DNA of 64,000 bases from IMG/VR virus record IMGVR_UViG_3300013120_000110, positions 14,710 through 78,709 of that record. One strand, given 5' to 3'. The stretch comes from a virus. The position numbers and the translations under genes are program-made. A model generated the notes under the pieces. It did not search any database. It was not told the DNA's origin and saw only the letters and a program-made list of their open reading frames with translations. Of the stretch, positions 1-9,328 are shown piece after piece (within the stretch, counting starts at the first letter, position 1; each line of letters starts with the position of its first letter).

Positions 1-83
1 GTAGACGTAGATGAGTGGTGCGATTGGCTAGATGCAACGCCCAAAGGGGAAGAACCAAACTTTAGCCTTATGCCAACAGGAAA

Positions 84-284
84 ATGAAAGGACATGAAAT
101 GATTAAAGGCATAGCCCTCCTGGTACTCGCCTGCGCAGCGGCGGGCACCTACTTCACGATCACTAGGGAGGCGCCCACGGGCTCAACCGCAATGTGGGCC
201 CTGGGGCTGCTTGCCGCTAGTGTTTTGCTGGCCTTCACTGGGCTGGACAACATATTCCACCCCCCCACCGGGCGGGGTAAATAA
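84..284 (+). CDS. small membrane protein (two TM helices)
   Basis: 66 aa with two hydrophobic stretches; its start overlaps the stop of a truncated upstream ORF (ATGA). Confidence 0.6.
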   Translation: MKGHEMIKGIALLVLACAAAGTYFTITREAPTGSTAMWALGLLAASVLLAFTGLDNIFHPPTGRGK

Positions 285-298
285 CCTAGTTTTTCCCC

Positions 299-339
299 TT
301 GACAATGCTAGCACAGTTGGGTATACTACATAGTCTGAC
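299..339 (+). promoter_or_regulatory. sigma70-type promoter with a downstream operator half-site
   Basis: TTGACA 299-304, 17-bp spacer, TATACT 322-327; TAGTCTGAC at 331-339 resembles the TAATCTGAC motif; AGGAGG RBS before ATG 360. Confidence 0.75.
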
Positions 340-359
340 ATCGTGAAAGGAGGTTAGTC

Positions 360-623
360 ATGGGAAGGCCGTTTAAGAATGAGTTCCGCTACACGTACCA
401 GGACATCGCTGACTTCTGCGGTATTGCCTATAACACCGTGGAACAGGGTGTGTCTCGGAAAGAGTTCAACCCCGTCTCGTTTGGCAGCATGATCGCCTGG
501 GCGGCGCGGAAGATGAGGAATGACCATAAACACCTTGCCCTCATCATGTATGGCTGTGGGCGGGGAGAGGCGGTGAACAACCCGTTCCTGAAGCCACGGA
601 AGCGGCGAGTCAAGTCAAAGTAG
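360..623 (+). CDS. HTH DNA-binding protein, candidate regulator
   Basis: YTYQDIADFCGIAYNTVEQ HTH pattern; own promoter and strong RBS. Confidence 0.7.
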   Translation: MGRPFKNEFRYTYQDIADFCGIAYNTVEQGVSRKEFNPVSFGSMIAWAARKMRNDHKHLALIMYGCGRGEAVNNPFLKPRKRRVKSK

Positions 624-872
624 AGGTGGGAGCCTTCTTCTCCGCTCCTGGGCATACCTATCTGCCAGCCGGGCCCGGTGCTCCACCTTCATGTGGAGTA
701 GGCTGCATAAGCCATCCCTTACCGCCTCAAGGGCCCAATTCGGCCAATGGGCAAAAATCTCCTCTATTTCCCGGCTGTCGTTTTTTGCTGTGGCAGAGGT
801 CAAAACCACCGTATCCAGGGCTGTTGGAAGCTCTGGACAGGGCACAGACACGCTTATTCTAGGCGTCCGCAT
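615..872 (-). CDS. hypothetical protein
   Basis: last ORF of the minus operon; GGAGG RBS upstream; converges on 360-623. Confidence 0.45.
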   Translation of the reverse strand: MRTPRISVSVPCPELPTALDTVVLTSATAKNDSREIEEIFAHWPNWALEAVRDGLCSLLHMKVEHRARLADRYAQERRRRLPPLL

Positions 873-936
873 CAGTCGTCCTCCTTGGGTGAACAGATGA
901 CTCCCAATATAGCCTTCCTGAGCCCCATTGTCAACC

Positions 937-1323
937 TCACTTCCTCTCTATGGACCTTTTCTCAGCGTATGCCACAATAGGACTATGTTCCCCCCGCTTC
1001 GCATATCGCTCAAGCGCTTTAAGTACCGCAGTTTGATTATACCGCTTCTGTTTCATTCCTATTGGGATGTACGGGATGAGGTTGCCCTTGGTCCATTGTT
1101 GGATCGTATGCACACCAATTTGCAGGGACTCGGATAGCTCCTTGGTGGTCAGCAACCCCGATCTCTGCTCGGCGGCATGATCCAGGGCTTGGTACATCCG
1201 TTCCTCGGCTATCTTTATCTGGGCCCGGAGTTCCCCAAGCTCTGCCAGGGCCTCATCGAAGCGCACCCAATCCCCGGCCACATCCACGTAGAGCTTGCCA
1301 AAACGCAGTATGTATCTAACCAT
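937..1323 (-). CDS. excisionase-like / HTH_17 DNA-binding protein
   Basis: LLTTKELSESLQIGVHTIQQW..GNLIPY...KRY winged-HTH pattern; adjacent to the recombinase. Confidence 0.7.
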   Translation of the reverse strand: MVRYILRFGKLYVDVAGDWVRFDEALAELGELRAQIKIAEERMYQALDHAAEQRSGLLTTKELSESLQIGVHTIQQWTKGNLIPYIPIGMKQKRYNQTAVLKALERYAKRGEHSPIVAYAEKRSIERK

Positions 1324-1327
1324 CGTG

Positions 1328-2014
1328 TTACTTCACCCATTTTTGCATGTTTCGTCGCCAATCGAGCATAGGCTGGCCCGGCTGGTGTGGCTCAATCGCA
1401 GGACAGAACGGATATAGGTCTGGCACGTTGTCACGCTCGACAAGGTGGGCATAGGTACTGGTAGTGTTCAGCGATTTGTGGCCCACCGCAGCCATGACCT
1501 CAACCAAAGATCGGCCAACAGCTATCGCGTGAGAACAAAAGGAGTGGCGCCCGCAATGGATGGAAAGCTGGGACACCCGCTCTGGGCCCAGGCACTTGAT
1601 CGCCACTTTCCACCGCTTCGCCAATGCACGACGATTCAACCGCTGCCCCAGCTTGCGCCGCGACATGCCGCACATCAGCGGATCAAGTGGGCTGGCCCCG
1701 TGATCGACACGATAGGCGCCCCAGTCTCGAAGGTCATACAAAGTCCCCGTATCCCACCACAAGGGCACTATCCTAGACCTCCGAACTGGCCCCTTGGTAA
1801 TCACCGCCCGCACTTTGATATGAGGGCGTTCAGAAAGAATCTTCAGGTCCGCCACGTTCAGGCCACTAATCTCAGATACGCGGAGCCCACAACAACAAGA
1901 GAAGCGGAAGATGGCTAGTGCCTGGAAAGCCCAATCAGACCCTCTCCGCTTCATTTGCAGGTCATCTAGGATGGCCTTGATCTCTCGGCGGGTTAAGATT
2001 TTTGTAATGTCCAT
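1328..2014 (-). CDS. tyrosine recombinase, catalytic domain only (FimB/FimE-sized)
   Basis: GLRVSE (R), TK (K), HCGRH (HxxR), VGH...Y; 228 aa with no arm- or core-binding domain. Confidence 0.9.
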   Translation of the reverse strand: MDITKILTRREIKAILDDLQMKRRGSDWAFQALAIFRFSCCCGLRVSEISGLNVADLKILSERPHIKVRAVITKGPVRRSRIVPLWWDTGTLYDLRDWGAYRVDHGASPLDPLMCGMSRRKLGQRLNRRALAKRWKVAIKCLGPERVSQLSIHCGRHSFCSHAIAVGRSLVEVMAAVGHKSLNTTSTYAHLVERDNVPDLYPFCPAIEPHQPGQPMLDWRRNMQKWVK

Positions 2015-2109
2015 AATGAAATGTCTGGTTGCCCTTCTTTCCCACCCCGGGGTGGTTAGTTGTCGCTACACCAGTAGGTCACGACTCCGGTTCTACGTCC
2101 GGCAACAAG

Positions 2110-2508
2110 TTACATCCATTGATCGACCTCAGCTTGCGTGATCCGGCTAGGAGCCCGGGGATTCACTAAGTTGTTGTAAGCAACTAGATCATAGTCCCCC
2201 AGGCTCTTAGCCCTCAGCACCGCCAGTTGGCGAGCTTCCGGCCACATTGCCCGATCCGTCACCCGGTACTGGTTGCAGTATGCGCATAGTACCAAACAGG
2301 CGTAGGGCTTGTCCAGAGCAATCTCCCGTAGCGGGCCCGACGCAATCTCATGCACACACAACACCGAGCAGTCGCTAGGTTTCGATCTCCATGGCTGTCT
2401 CGGGCTGTGGCCGCATATTTGACACGCCCCGGCCTTCGCTATGAGAGCCCTCCGGCCTGGGCGCACCAGTTCCATCCTCTTTCGCCTTTTGGGCGACACC
2501 CGCCGCAC
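2110..2508 (-). CDS. HNH-like / Zn-binding nuclease-like protein
   Basis: CQIC ... VHEI ... LCAYCN spacing; basic N-terminus. Confidence 0.55.
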   Translation of the reverse strand: MRRVSPKRRKRMELVRPGRRALIAKAGACQICGHSPRQPWRSKPSDCSVLCVHEIASGPLREIALDKPYACLVLCAYCNQYRVTDRAMWPEARQLAVLRAKSLGDYDLVAYNNLVNPRAPSRITQAEVDQWM

Positions 2509-2665
2509 GCTCTGGAACCTCTATCTCCTGAATGAACGCATCTCTATACCCCAGCCCAATGGCCGTTTGCCTTAGTTTCTTCGCGCTATCTAAAGCTGGC
2601 ACACAAGCGTAGGTTTGGTCTTTCAGCCGCCCATACTGGATGACCACACGATATTTCGTAACCAT
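2375..2665 (-). CDS. hypothetical protein
   Basis: likely start at MVTKY after a GAGGGG RBS; 3' end overlaps the next gene. Confidence 0.45.
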   Translation of the reverse strand: MVTKYRVVIQYGRLKDQTYACVPALDSAKKLRQTAIGLGYRDAFIQEIEVPERAAGVAQKAKEDGTGAPRPEGSHSEGRGVSNMRPQPETAMEIET

Positions 2666-2675
2666 CGCCCCCTCT

Positions 2676-3074
2676 TCACCAATCACACGCCTCTGTGTTT
2701 GGTGTTGCAGGGAAATCGCCACCCGTTTGCGTAAAGCTCAACCGTAGGTACTTATCTCCGGTGCTCCTGCTAGTGTTGATAAACCCCTTCACCAACCACT
2801 CTTTGCTGTCAAACATCCAGACCCCCTCGAATAAAGGAAGATGGTTGGCGTCCTTGGCGCCAGTTGGGTGTAGCTCACCCTCGCCCTCCTTTTCGGGGGG
2901 GTTCTTGGTCCGCACCTTCACGTCATAGTTCCCAGAGCTTTGGCGCCAAGCATTAACCCAAAGGTCCACGTTACAGAGCCGACAACTCCCAGTGTGGGTG
3001 GGGTTGTCTTTCCCTGTTCCTCGGGTGTTCTTAAACAAAGCCCCAGACAAATCTCTCTGCTCAAACGGCATCAT
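2676..3074 (-). CDS. DUF736-like / phage ssDNA-binding-like protein
   Basis: SGALFKN...NPTHTG...VNAW and KYLRLSF motifs; two internal half-repeats. Confidence 0.55.
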   Translation of the reverse strand: MMPFEQRDLSGALFKNTRGTGKDNPTHTGSCRLCNVDLWVNAWRQSSGNYDVKVRTKNPPEKEGEGELHPTGAKDANHLPLFEGVWMFDSKEWLVKGFINTSRSTGDKYLRLSFTQTGGDFPATPNTEACDW

Positions 3075-3414
3075 TCACTCCTTTTGTGTGGTTGTTCAAC
3101 ACCTGGACAAGCCGGGGGAGGTCGTGCAACCACGCCACCACCAACCACGGCTTTTCGTTTCTTCGATGCAGCACTACGGGTATCTCCCACCCAGTAGCAT
3201 CTACCCCCGCTTGCTCAATCGCAGCATAGGGGCGGAAAGTCTCTGCCCGCTTGACCTCGAAATGCACCCCCGTAATTGAGGTTTTCACATCTGGGCTATC
3301 CGGCCCGCCATGGTACTGCCTGCCCCTGTGCGCCTCACAAGCGAATAGCTTGGTCAACGCGGCAGCGGCCTCCCGCTCACCCCGTTGCCCCTTCCGCTTC
3401 GACTTCCGCCCCAT
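3061..3414 (-). CDS. Holliday junction resolvase (PD-(D/E)XK)
   Basis: MGRKSKRKGQRGERE...PDV...HFEVKR...PVVLHRRN..PW; start moved to ATG 3414. Confidence 0.85.
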   Translation of the reverse strand: MGRKSKRKGQRGEREAAAALTKLFACEAHRGRQYHGGPDSPDVKTSITGVHFEVKRAETFRPYAAIEQAGVDATGWEIPVVLHRRNEKPWLVVAWLHDLPRLVQVLNNHTKGVNDAV

Positions 3415-3892
3415 CTTCATCCTCATCACAAAGGTCAACGTCTTCGCCGTCATCAACGCACGCCTCAAGAACGGCACGCATGTTGTCATCCATGGTGGCG
3501 GTTATATCGTCGCCATCATCTTCATCCTCGAACCAAAGATGATTAACCAGCGCCACCAGGTCACGCGCGGTATCCACCTGGGGGTTCCGCTCACAACGTA
3601 GCATGTGGCCCCTGATCCAGCCCAACCTACCCTGGACGCCGCACCACGGGCAGACAAACTCAGCCCGCTTGGGCTGCGATATGTGGCTCAACCCATCATC
3701 CCTGATGTAGTCCAGGGCGAGTAGCGCAAGCTGGCAGGTAACGGAGGAAGCGGTGTCCTGCTTCGCATACGCCCGAGCACCACAGGCAAGCAAATCCCGC
3801 CCGTAGAGATCGAGCCCGTCCTCCGTTTGGCGCGCGTACCATTGACGGGCTTTTTTCCGGTCTAGCACGATCTGTTCTCTATCATGTTCCAT
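3377..3892 (-). CDS. hypothetical protein with CxxC/HxxxC Zn finger and acidic tail
   Basis: CPWC...HMLRC; D/E-rich C-terminus. Confidence 0.55.
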   Translation of the reverse strand: MEHDREQIVLDRKKARQWYARQTEDGLDLYGRDLLACGARAYAKQDTASSVTCQLALLALDYIRDDGLSHISQPKRAEFVCPWCGVQGRLGWIRGHMLRCERNPQVDTARDLVALVNHLWFEDEDDGDDITATMDDNMRAVLEACVDDGEDVDLCDEDEDGAEVEAEGATG

Positions 3893-3929
3893 CGCAATTC
3901 ATTCCTCATGTTAAAGTTACGCAAATACA

Positions 3930-4193
3930 CTAAGCCTTTGTCCGCTTGTCTCGGGCCCCCTTTTTATCATAGACCGGAACCCAGCGGGTCCGGCCTCGGC
4001 TGTCGGTGCGTCGGGCAACACCAGACTCCACTACACCGCGCCGCACCGCATCGAGTAATTTTTCACGGGCAGTTCTGGGTGCTATGCCCAGCAGGTCGGC
4101 TACCTCTCGGGCAGTTTCCCCGGGATCGTCCTGCGCGCGATCCGCCACATCCAGCGCTGCCCGCCACTCCGCCATAGAAATGTCGTTACTCAT
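3930..4193 (-). CDS. winged-HTH protein
   Basis: TAREVADLLGIAPRTAREKL. Confidence 0.7.
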   Translation of the reverse strand: MSNDISMAEWRAALDVADRAQDDPGETAREVADLLGIAPRTAREKLLDAVRRGVVESGVARRTDSRGRTRWVPVYDKKGARDKRTKA

Positions 4194-5017
4194 AGCCTCT
4201 CCTCTCGTGAGCGACCAATAGACCAGACCTTACGAACGTAGTAGAACTCTTCATCGCCCTGGCGAATCAAATAGCCCCCAAATTGTGGTGGGGCAATCCT
4301 GCCTCCGGCGATTTTGTAGACATACGGTGTTTTCCCCTGCCAGCCTGGGGTAACGATCCCGGCTGCATACCCCCGAGCACTATCTAGGTCCACCACCATA
4401 CTCCGATGACGGTGGGAGCGGATCGTATAGTCTGGCGGACGCTCACCCCATCGCGCTGCCTCCACGTACTCGGCGGTCATCTCGGCATTGATCGCGCTGG
4501 CCTCATGGGCGGAGGACGACGTAGTTCCGATGTGGTGCATGATGTGGCACAACGCACGCCCGACATGAATCCATAACTCATAGCGTGCGTGGTTGCCCAC
4601 CTCATCAGGCACAGCCCCCAGGCTCTTGGCTAGGGCCTCTTCCTCATTGCCACTGGCTCCAACATGGGCCTCTGTGCCCTTGATGTGGTAGTAGGCTGCG
4701 GCATCAGATACGATTGGTGATAACACCTCCTCAGCCAACTCTCGCTGATCGGTGATGTTGTGGGTGATTTGATGGGTAGAAGAGTGATGGCTTCCGTCAA
4801 TACCATCCCCGTTGAAGCAAACAGCATAAGGTTCTCCTCTCGTTTTCTCAGGGACCCACTTGCCCCAGAACTCTTGCCAATAGCGCCACATTTTTCGCTG
4901 GATTTTACTTGGCTTGTACCGACCACCCTCCGTGCGCCTGAACCCCCGGGGCGGGCAAAGCCCGAAGCAACACCCACAATGCAGGTCACTCACAATCACC
5001 AGGTTATTGATTGACAC
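4190..5017 (-). CDS. calcineurin-like metallophosphoesterase
   Basis: SDLHCG, NGDGIDG, GTEAH, SHRH motifs. Confidence 0.85.
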   Translation of the reverse strand: MSINNLVIVSDLHCGCCFGLCPPRGFRRTEGGRYKPSKIQRKMWRYWQEFWGKWVPEKTRGEPYAVCFNGDGIDGSHHSSTHQITHNITDQRELAEEVLSPIVSDAAAYYHIKGTEAHVGASGNEEEALAKSLGAVPDEVGNHARYELWIHVGRALCHIMHHIGTTSSSAHEASAINAEMTAEYVEAARWGERPPDYTIRSHRHRSMVVDLDSARGYAAGIVTPGWQGKTPYVYKIAGGRIAPPQFGGYLIRQGDEEFYYVRKVWSIGRSREERL

Positions 5018-5018
5018 C

Positions 5019-5372
5019 TTATTCTTCCTCCCTTATCGCAAGGTAGTGGGCGGCTGTTACGCCCTGAACAGCAGCGTAGGCATCAGGCCAGTAACCGCCA
5101 TGAATATCCTTGCTGTTACCACAGCAACCGTTCAGAACATGGGCCCATTCGTGTTCCAAAATCATAATCGCGTGCGAAAAATCCTCTCTGTAGTCAATGG
5201 TTATATGCCACCCCTTCTTATCGCCCCACGATTTTCCGAAATCGCCACCACCATGAGCCCGGCGAACATATACCCGCCTGCCGTCGGGTGGAGGTAGCTC
5301 ATCTTCCAAAGCCTCGATGTAGCCCCGCCACTCTTCCCACTCGGCGCGACTAAACTTCCTTCTCTTTGGCAT
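5019..5372 (-). CDS. small zincin-like metallopeptidase
   Basis: ILEHEWAH (HExxH) followed by IHG..W. Confidence 0.65.
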   Translation of the reverse strand: MPKRRKFSRAEWEEWRGYIEALEDELPPPDGRRVYVRRAHGGGDFGKSWGDKKGWHITIDYREDFSHAIMILEHEWAHVLNGCCGNSKDIHGGYWPDAYAAVQGVTAAHYLAIREEE

Positions 5373-5937
5373 CCCATTCAGCCTTTATCTCGATTGCCAA
5401 ATCCCGAGCCTGCGCGTGTAATTCATCGGGTGTCTTAGCTGTCACAATCCGGGTCCAACCGTCAAAATCTGAAAGCTGCTTATCAATCTCGGTAAGAGGC
5501 TTGAACCCTGGCCGATCTACTCTTATGAGCATCCCGCCGTTCTCCAAGACAGCCTCGGCCTCGTTGCGAAACCGCACATCAGGAATAATCAAAAGCTGGG
5601 CCCCGTAATCGTTGTGGAGCATGTACTCCAACCACGTGCGCTCATAGACTTGGTTGCGGATCGCATCGGTTCCTAGCTTGCACCATATTTCCACGGGGGT
5701 CATGCCCAGGGCCGGGAGCTTGACGGTGCGCTCATGCTCGTGCGGGGCCATGTTGTAGTAATCCTCCCCCTGTAGCCCAGCCCAGTTGTAGAGGTCATAG
5801 GCCACCTCTTTCAGCTTGGCGGCAAAACTGCGTTTGTGAGCGTTAATCCGGCGCCGTCTCAACCCCAACCAAAGCTGGTAGGCGAAAGTGTCTTTTCCTG
5901 TGCGTGAAACGTGACCAATCCCAATGTATTGCGGCAT
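5350..5937 (-). CDS. deoxynucleoside monophosphate kinase
   Basis: P-loop GHVSRTGKDT, SFAAKLKE, LGTDAIR, IPDVRFRNE. Confidence 0.9.
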   Translation of the reverse strand: MPQYIGIGHVSRTGKDTFAYQLWLGLRRRRINAHKRSFAAKLKEVAYDLYNWAGLQGEDYYNMAPHEHERTVKLPALGMTPVEIWCKLGTDAIRNQVYERTWLEYMLHNDYGAQLLIIPDVRFRNEAEAVLENGGMLIRVDRPGFKPLTEIDKQLSDFDGWTRIVTAKTPDELHAQARDLAIEIKAEWDAKEKEV

Positions 5938-6488
5938 TACCCCCTCCAGTCTGACGGCGCGTCAGGAAAAAGCTCGGAAAAACGATCCAAAAAATCAACC
6001 TCTGCAAACCTCGGGGCTAGTGGCATAACGTGTTGCGATTCGGGCACTACTCCCCGGAGGCAAGGCCACTCTACCCCAGTCTGGGTAAGCAAGTCCCGGC
6101 GCTCTGTGGCGAGCATGATAAGATCGGCGTCGTGGACTTGCTTTGGGACAGGCCAACCGAGGTTGAAGCGTTCAGCAATGCACTTCATAAGCTGGCACTC
6201 GGTTTCCTGGTAGTTCGACAAGAACGGCTTGATTGGCTTGGCAACGTCGCAGAGATACGCTTCCGCCGCGTCGTGGAGCAACCCCCAGCGGGCGAACTTT
6301 TTGCCGACCATGCGGGAGACGTAAATACAATGCTGGGCAACACTAAAGAACTCGATACAATGCCCAGTCCAGCGGCAGACTTGGGAAAGGGCGTGAGCAA
6401 TGTCATTGATGAACACATCCTCGGGTTCGGGCTCTAAAGGCCAGAACTTGTGCCCCGTGTAGGTCTGGATGTAGTCTGTGCTTCTCAT
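5937..6488 (-). CDS. HD-domain 5'-deoxynucleotidase (YfbR/YfdR-like)
   Basis: DIAHALS..CRW.GH...SVAQH, LLHDAAEAY..D...P.K, ADLIMLATERRDL. Confidence 0.9.
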   Translation of the reverse strand: MRSTDYIQTYTGHKFWPLEPEPEDVFINDIAHALSQVCRWTGHCIEFFSVAQHCIYVSRMVGKKFARWGLLHDAAEAYLCDVAKPIKPFLSNYQETECQLMKCIAERFNLGWPVPKQVHDADLIMLATERRDLLTQTGVEWPCLRGVVPESQHVMPLAPRFAEVDFLDRFSELFPDAPSDWRG

Positions 6489-7222
6489 TGTTGCACCCTA
6501 TAAACGGACTTGATTTTATGGACCAGTTCTTTGTCCGACCACGGCGGATCGGCATTGGTCCGGTTCCAGTTCTGAAGCGCTAACAGCGCATCTATCTCAC
6601 TCAGCCCCGCCTCCCTCAATTTCGCCGCTGCGCGGTAAGTGTCCTTGTGCCCCCCCTGCCCCGAGATCGCCCGAATCTTGGAAATGTACGCTATCCCGTC
6701 CGTCACCTTCTTTTCGTCTACCGTGTCCCAGTTTGTTGTCGGCCTCCACACCGCCTTGAACACCGGCAGGTTGCTTGGCTGGATTAGGTCGTGGCCGATA
6801 GTCCATAAATAGTTCCCGTCCGAGTGCATCGAAGGTGGCAAAAGTGCAAAACCTCCGTCCCCGCGCACGTCGTAGCGGCCCTCGACCTTTACGCCGTTCA
6901 TCACCCTGTGGCCCGGATGGCGAAAGTACAGGTGATAGCCTCTCTTGGTCTTGGCGACGGTTCGGGTTTTGCCTCGGTTGTACCAAAACCACTTGGCGTC
7001 CACTTCGCTCTCGCAATCGACTATCACCACGTTGGAGATCGCCCCCGTGACTATGCCGAGGTTCTCGTGGGGCCACCCCTTCAATTCCTCCACTGTAGCA
7101 TGTCGCTCCTGGTACTCTTTCCACGGGATCGCCGGTTTCTTGCTGTAGAACACGGGGATGACCGATAAGCCGAACTCCGTCAGATAGCGGGTGGCACACG
7201 TCATCCAAACGGCATCCATCAT
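6485..7222 (-). CDS. bifunctional DNA primase/polymerase (Prim-Pol) with PriCT-like C-terminus
   Basis: KKPAIPWKEYQ, GIVTG..S.VVIVDCE, GYHLYF, DVRGDGG...PPS.H; C-terminal WN....PP...EL. Confidence 0.9.
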   Translation of the reverse strand: MMDAVWMTCATRYLTEFGLSVIPVFYSKKPAIPWKEYQERHATVEELKGWPHENLGIVTGAISNVVIVDCESEVDAKWFWYNRGKTRTVAKTKRGYHLYFRHPGHRVMNGVKVEGRYDVRGDGGFALLPPSMHSDGNYLWTIGHDLIQPSNLPVFKAVWRPTTNWDTVDEKKVTDGIAYISKIRAISGQGGHKDTYRAAAKLREAGLSEIDALLALQNWNRTNADPPWSDKELVHKIKSVYRVQQ

Positions 7223-7227
7223 CGTTT

Positions 7228-7473
7228 TTACCCCGCATTGGCTAAATCCTCTAAATTAACTCTCGCTGAACGGTTTTTCGCTGGATTCAGAAAATCGGCG
7301 CCATACTGGCTCGCCGCCGTGCGAACCCGCAACCCGAATCTATAGGGCCAAAGCGGACACCATGCCGAGTGGACCCCATCACAGGGGCAGGAAGTGACGT
7401 ATTTGCGCGATCCATCTGAACATTCCAGGCAATACTGCCGAATGGCCCGTAATGGAGGCTGGGTCTTCGCCAT
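7228..7473 (-). CDS. small Cys-rich phage protein
   Basis: AIRQYCLECS...CP...CPLWPYRFG. Confidence 0.65.
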   Translation of the reverse strand: MAKTQPPLRAIRQYCLECSDGSRKYVTSCPCDGVHSAWCPLWPYRFGLRVRTAASQYGADFLNPAKNRSARVNLEDLANAG

Positions 7474-7595
7474 AATATCGCTCCCAGTGTCATAACTCGT
7501 CTCTGTAGGGGGGGTCTACGCCACGGAATGGTAAAGTGGTGATTTTATACCCCCCGGAGCTTCAGGATCAAAAAAGGGCCTCCAGAGGCGTGTTA

Positions 7596-9146
7596 TCACG
7601 CCGCTTCCCCCCTCAGTGTACTCGTTGGAACCCGATCCATACGGCGCCACCAATCGCCTTCCTCCACAGGCATGAGCGGCAAGGTTCGGGGAGGCCAATA
7701 CCCATACTTGTGACAAAACCAGCCCTCCGCCTGCCGGAAGGTACGCCCCGCCCGGCGCTGGCTCCAGTACATACTTCGCCATAGCTTCTCAGTGTTACTA
7801 TATTGCCTAGTCACGCGGGGCCGGAGAATATCGCCCTGAATCCGCCGCAAAGTACCGTCGATCTCCACCACCCAGCGGCTTAGAGTATGGTTGATGTGCC
7901 CGCATAGGTAGCACTCCCTCCCCCAATCCCGTGTCGCCCCACACTTCGAGCAAATGATTGGGTCTAGGTTTTTCTTCTCCCGCAACCGCTCTTGCCTCTC
8001 GCCCACCACCCGGTTATTGGTAAGCTCCAGGTCCCAGACTCTATCCGCATCCAGGCTACCATGCCGCCACCAATTTCCCCCATGGTCGATGATTATAGCC
8101 CGATCCTTACCGGGAAAAGAGCGTAGCATCCGGCCACCAGTCTGGAGGTATGAAGTGAGGGCCCCGAAGCAAGTGGCGAGACAGCCGCACCCAATCCAGG
8201 GTGCGTTAATCCCTTCCCTGAGCACGAACCGATTACAGACAACCTTGACCTCCCCTGACCTCGACATTGCCATCACCTTCTCGCGCATCTCTTGGGAGGT
8301 ACTATGAAACTCACCATCTAGCCACACGTCGGAGCCGTCGATGTGGGCCGACCTGATCCCCGCTGCCCTGAACCGCTCGGCAAACCAAATACTCTCGCGC
8401 ACACCCGGGGCAAACAAGAGCGTAGGCTTTCTCGTTGGGTTGAAAATCTCCCAGTTCTTCAGCACCCGCCCGAAAATCCCATGCCGCATCATCACTGTTG
8501 CGTTGTCCTTTTCACTCAGGTCCTTACCCACGTCGTAACGCCTGATATGTCTTAGGTCTGGTTCGTCAGGGGCGTAGGTGTCGGCGGGTACAATCGCACC
8601 CACCTCACGCATTTCGGATGGCGTACCAGCAATGACTAGCTCATCGTAAATGTCCCCAATCCCAAGTGGTGTAGCGGTATAACCAACACAAGCAGCACCC
8701 GCGTCAGTATGCTCATCGACTATCCTCCGCATCGTGTCTTTGGTTTGTACGTGTGCCTCATCTATTAAAATCAGCCGGGCTGGATGTAAAGAGCGGCGCC
8801 CTTGCTGAAAGACCCTGCTCAATTCAGTCTGCGTCATACAGAGTTGCACGTTCCGTAAGAGAGCGGGGTCATGCCCACTAGCTCGCTTGCCGTGCTCGAT
8901 CCCGGCCTCCTCCAAAAACCGGCTCGTTTGGTCGAACAACATCCGGCGATTAGTGTAGAGCGCTACTTGCCAATTTTTCGCGTGGCGGGCCCAGGCAATC
9001 ATGTCCTGCATCATCTGTGTCTTGCCTGTCCCGGTGGGGGAGGTGACACAGATTCGCTTAGCTCCACTCTCAATAGCCGAGGTGGTCTGGTCTAGGGCTC
9101 GGACTTGATTGGGCCAGGGGTCTACCACTTTCTGAACTTCCTCCAC
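7596..9146 (-). CDS. superfamily 2 (DEAH) helicase with C-terminal Zn ribbon
   Basis: PTGTGKT, IDEAH, TATP, LREGIN, QTGGRMLR; CxxC...CxxC. Confidence 0.92.
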   Translation of the reverse strand: MEEVQKVVDPWPNQVRALDQTTSAIESGAKRICVTSPTGTGKTQMMQDMIAWARHAKNWQVALYTNRRMLFDQTSRFLEEAGIEHGKRASGHDPALLRNVQLCMTQTELSRVFQQGRRSLHPARLILIDEAHVQTKDTMRRIVDEHTDAGAACVGYTATPLGIGDIYDELVIAGTPSEMREVGAIVPADTYAPDEPDLRHIRRYDVGKDLSEKDNATVMMRHGIFGRVLKNWEIFNPTRKPTLLFAPGVRESIWFAERFRAAGIRSAHIDGSDVWLDGEFHSTSQEMREKVMAMSRSGEVKVVCNRFVLREGINAPWIGCGCLATCFGALTSYLQTGGRMLRSFPGKDRAIIIDHGGNWWRHGSLDADRVWDLELTNNRVVGERQERLREKKNLDPIICSKCGATRDWGRECYLCGHINHTLSRWVVEIDGTLRRIQGDILRPRVTRQYSNTEKLWRSMYWSQRRAGRTFRQAEGWFCHKYGYWPPRTLPLMPVEEGDWWRRMDRVPTSTLRGEAA

Positions 9147-9328
9147 CTAACGACATTTGCAATAGCATCCTTGAGAGAGCGAAGGGTATCTCGATGACAT
9201 TGCGCTAAGGGAAACTCTTGCTGGAGCTTGTCGGTTGCGCGGATCGCAGCCCCGATCTGACCCTCTAGCTTACTGAATAGTCGGAGGTCAGCCTTTTGTT
9301 TTCCGCCGCCACTAGGTTCCTTCTGCAT
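9122..9328 (-). CDS. hypothetical protein
   Basis: overlaps both neighbours within the operon. Confidence 0.5.
   Translation of the reverse strand: MQKEPSGGGKQKADLRLFSKLEGQIGAAIRATDKLQQEFPLAQCHRDTLRSLKDAIANVVRWRKFRKW

Noticed and set aside
5350-7222. Z-genome (2-aminoadenine) pathway
   Set aside because: An HD enzyme and prim-pol are present but no PurZ/MazZ-like gene is visible
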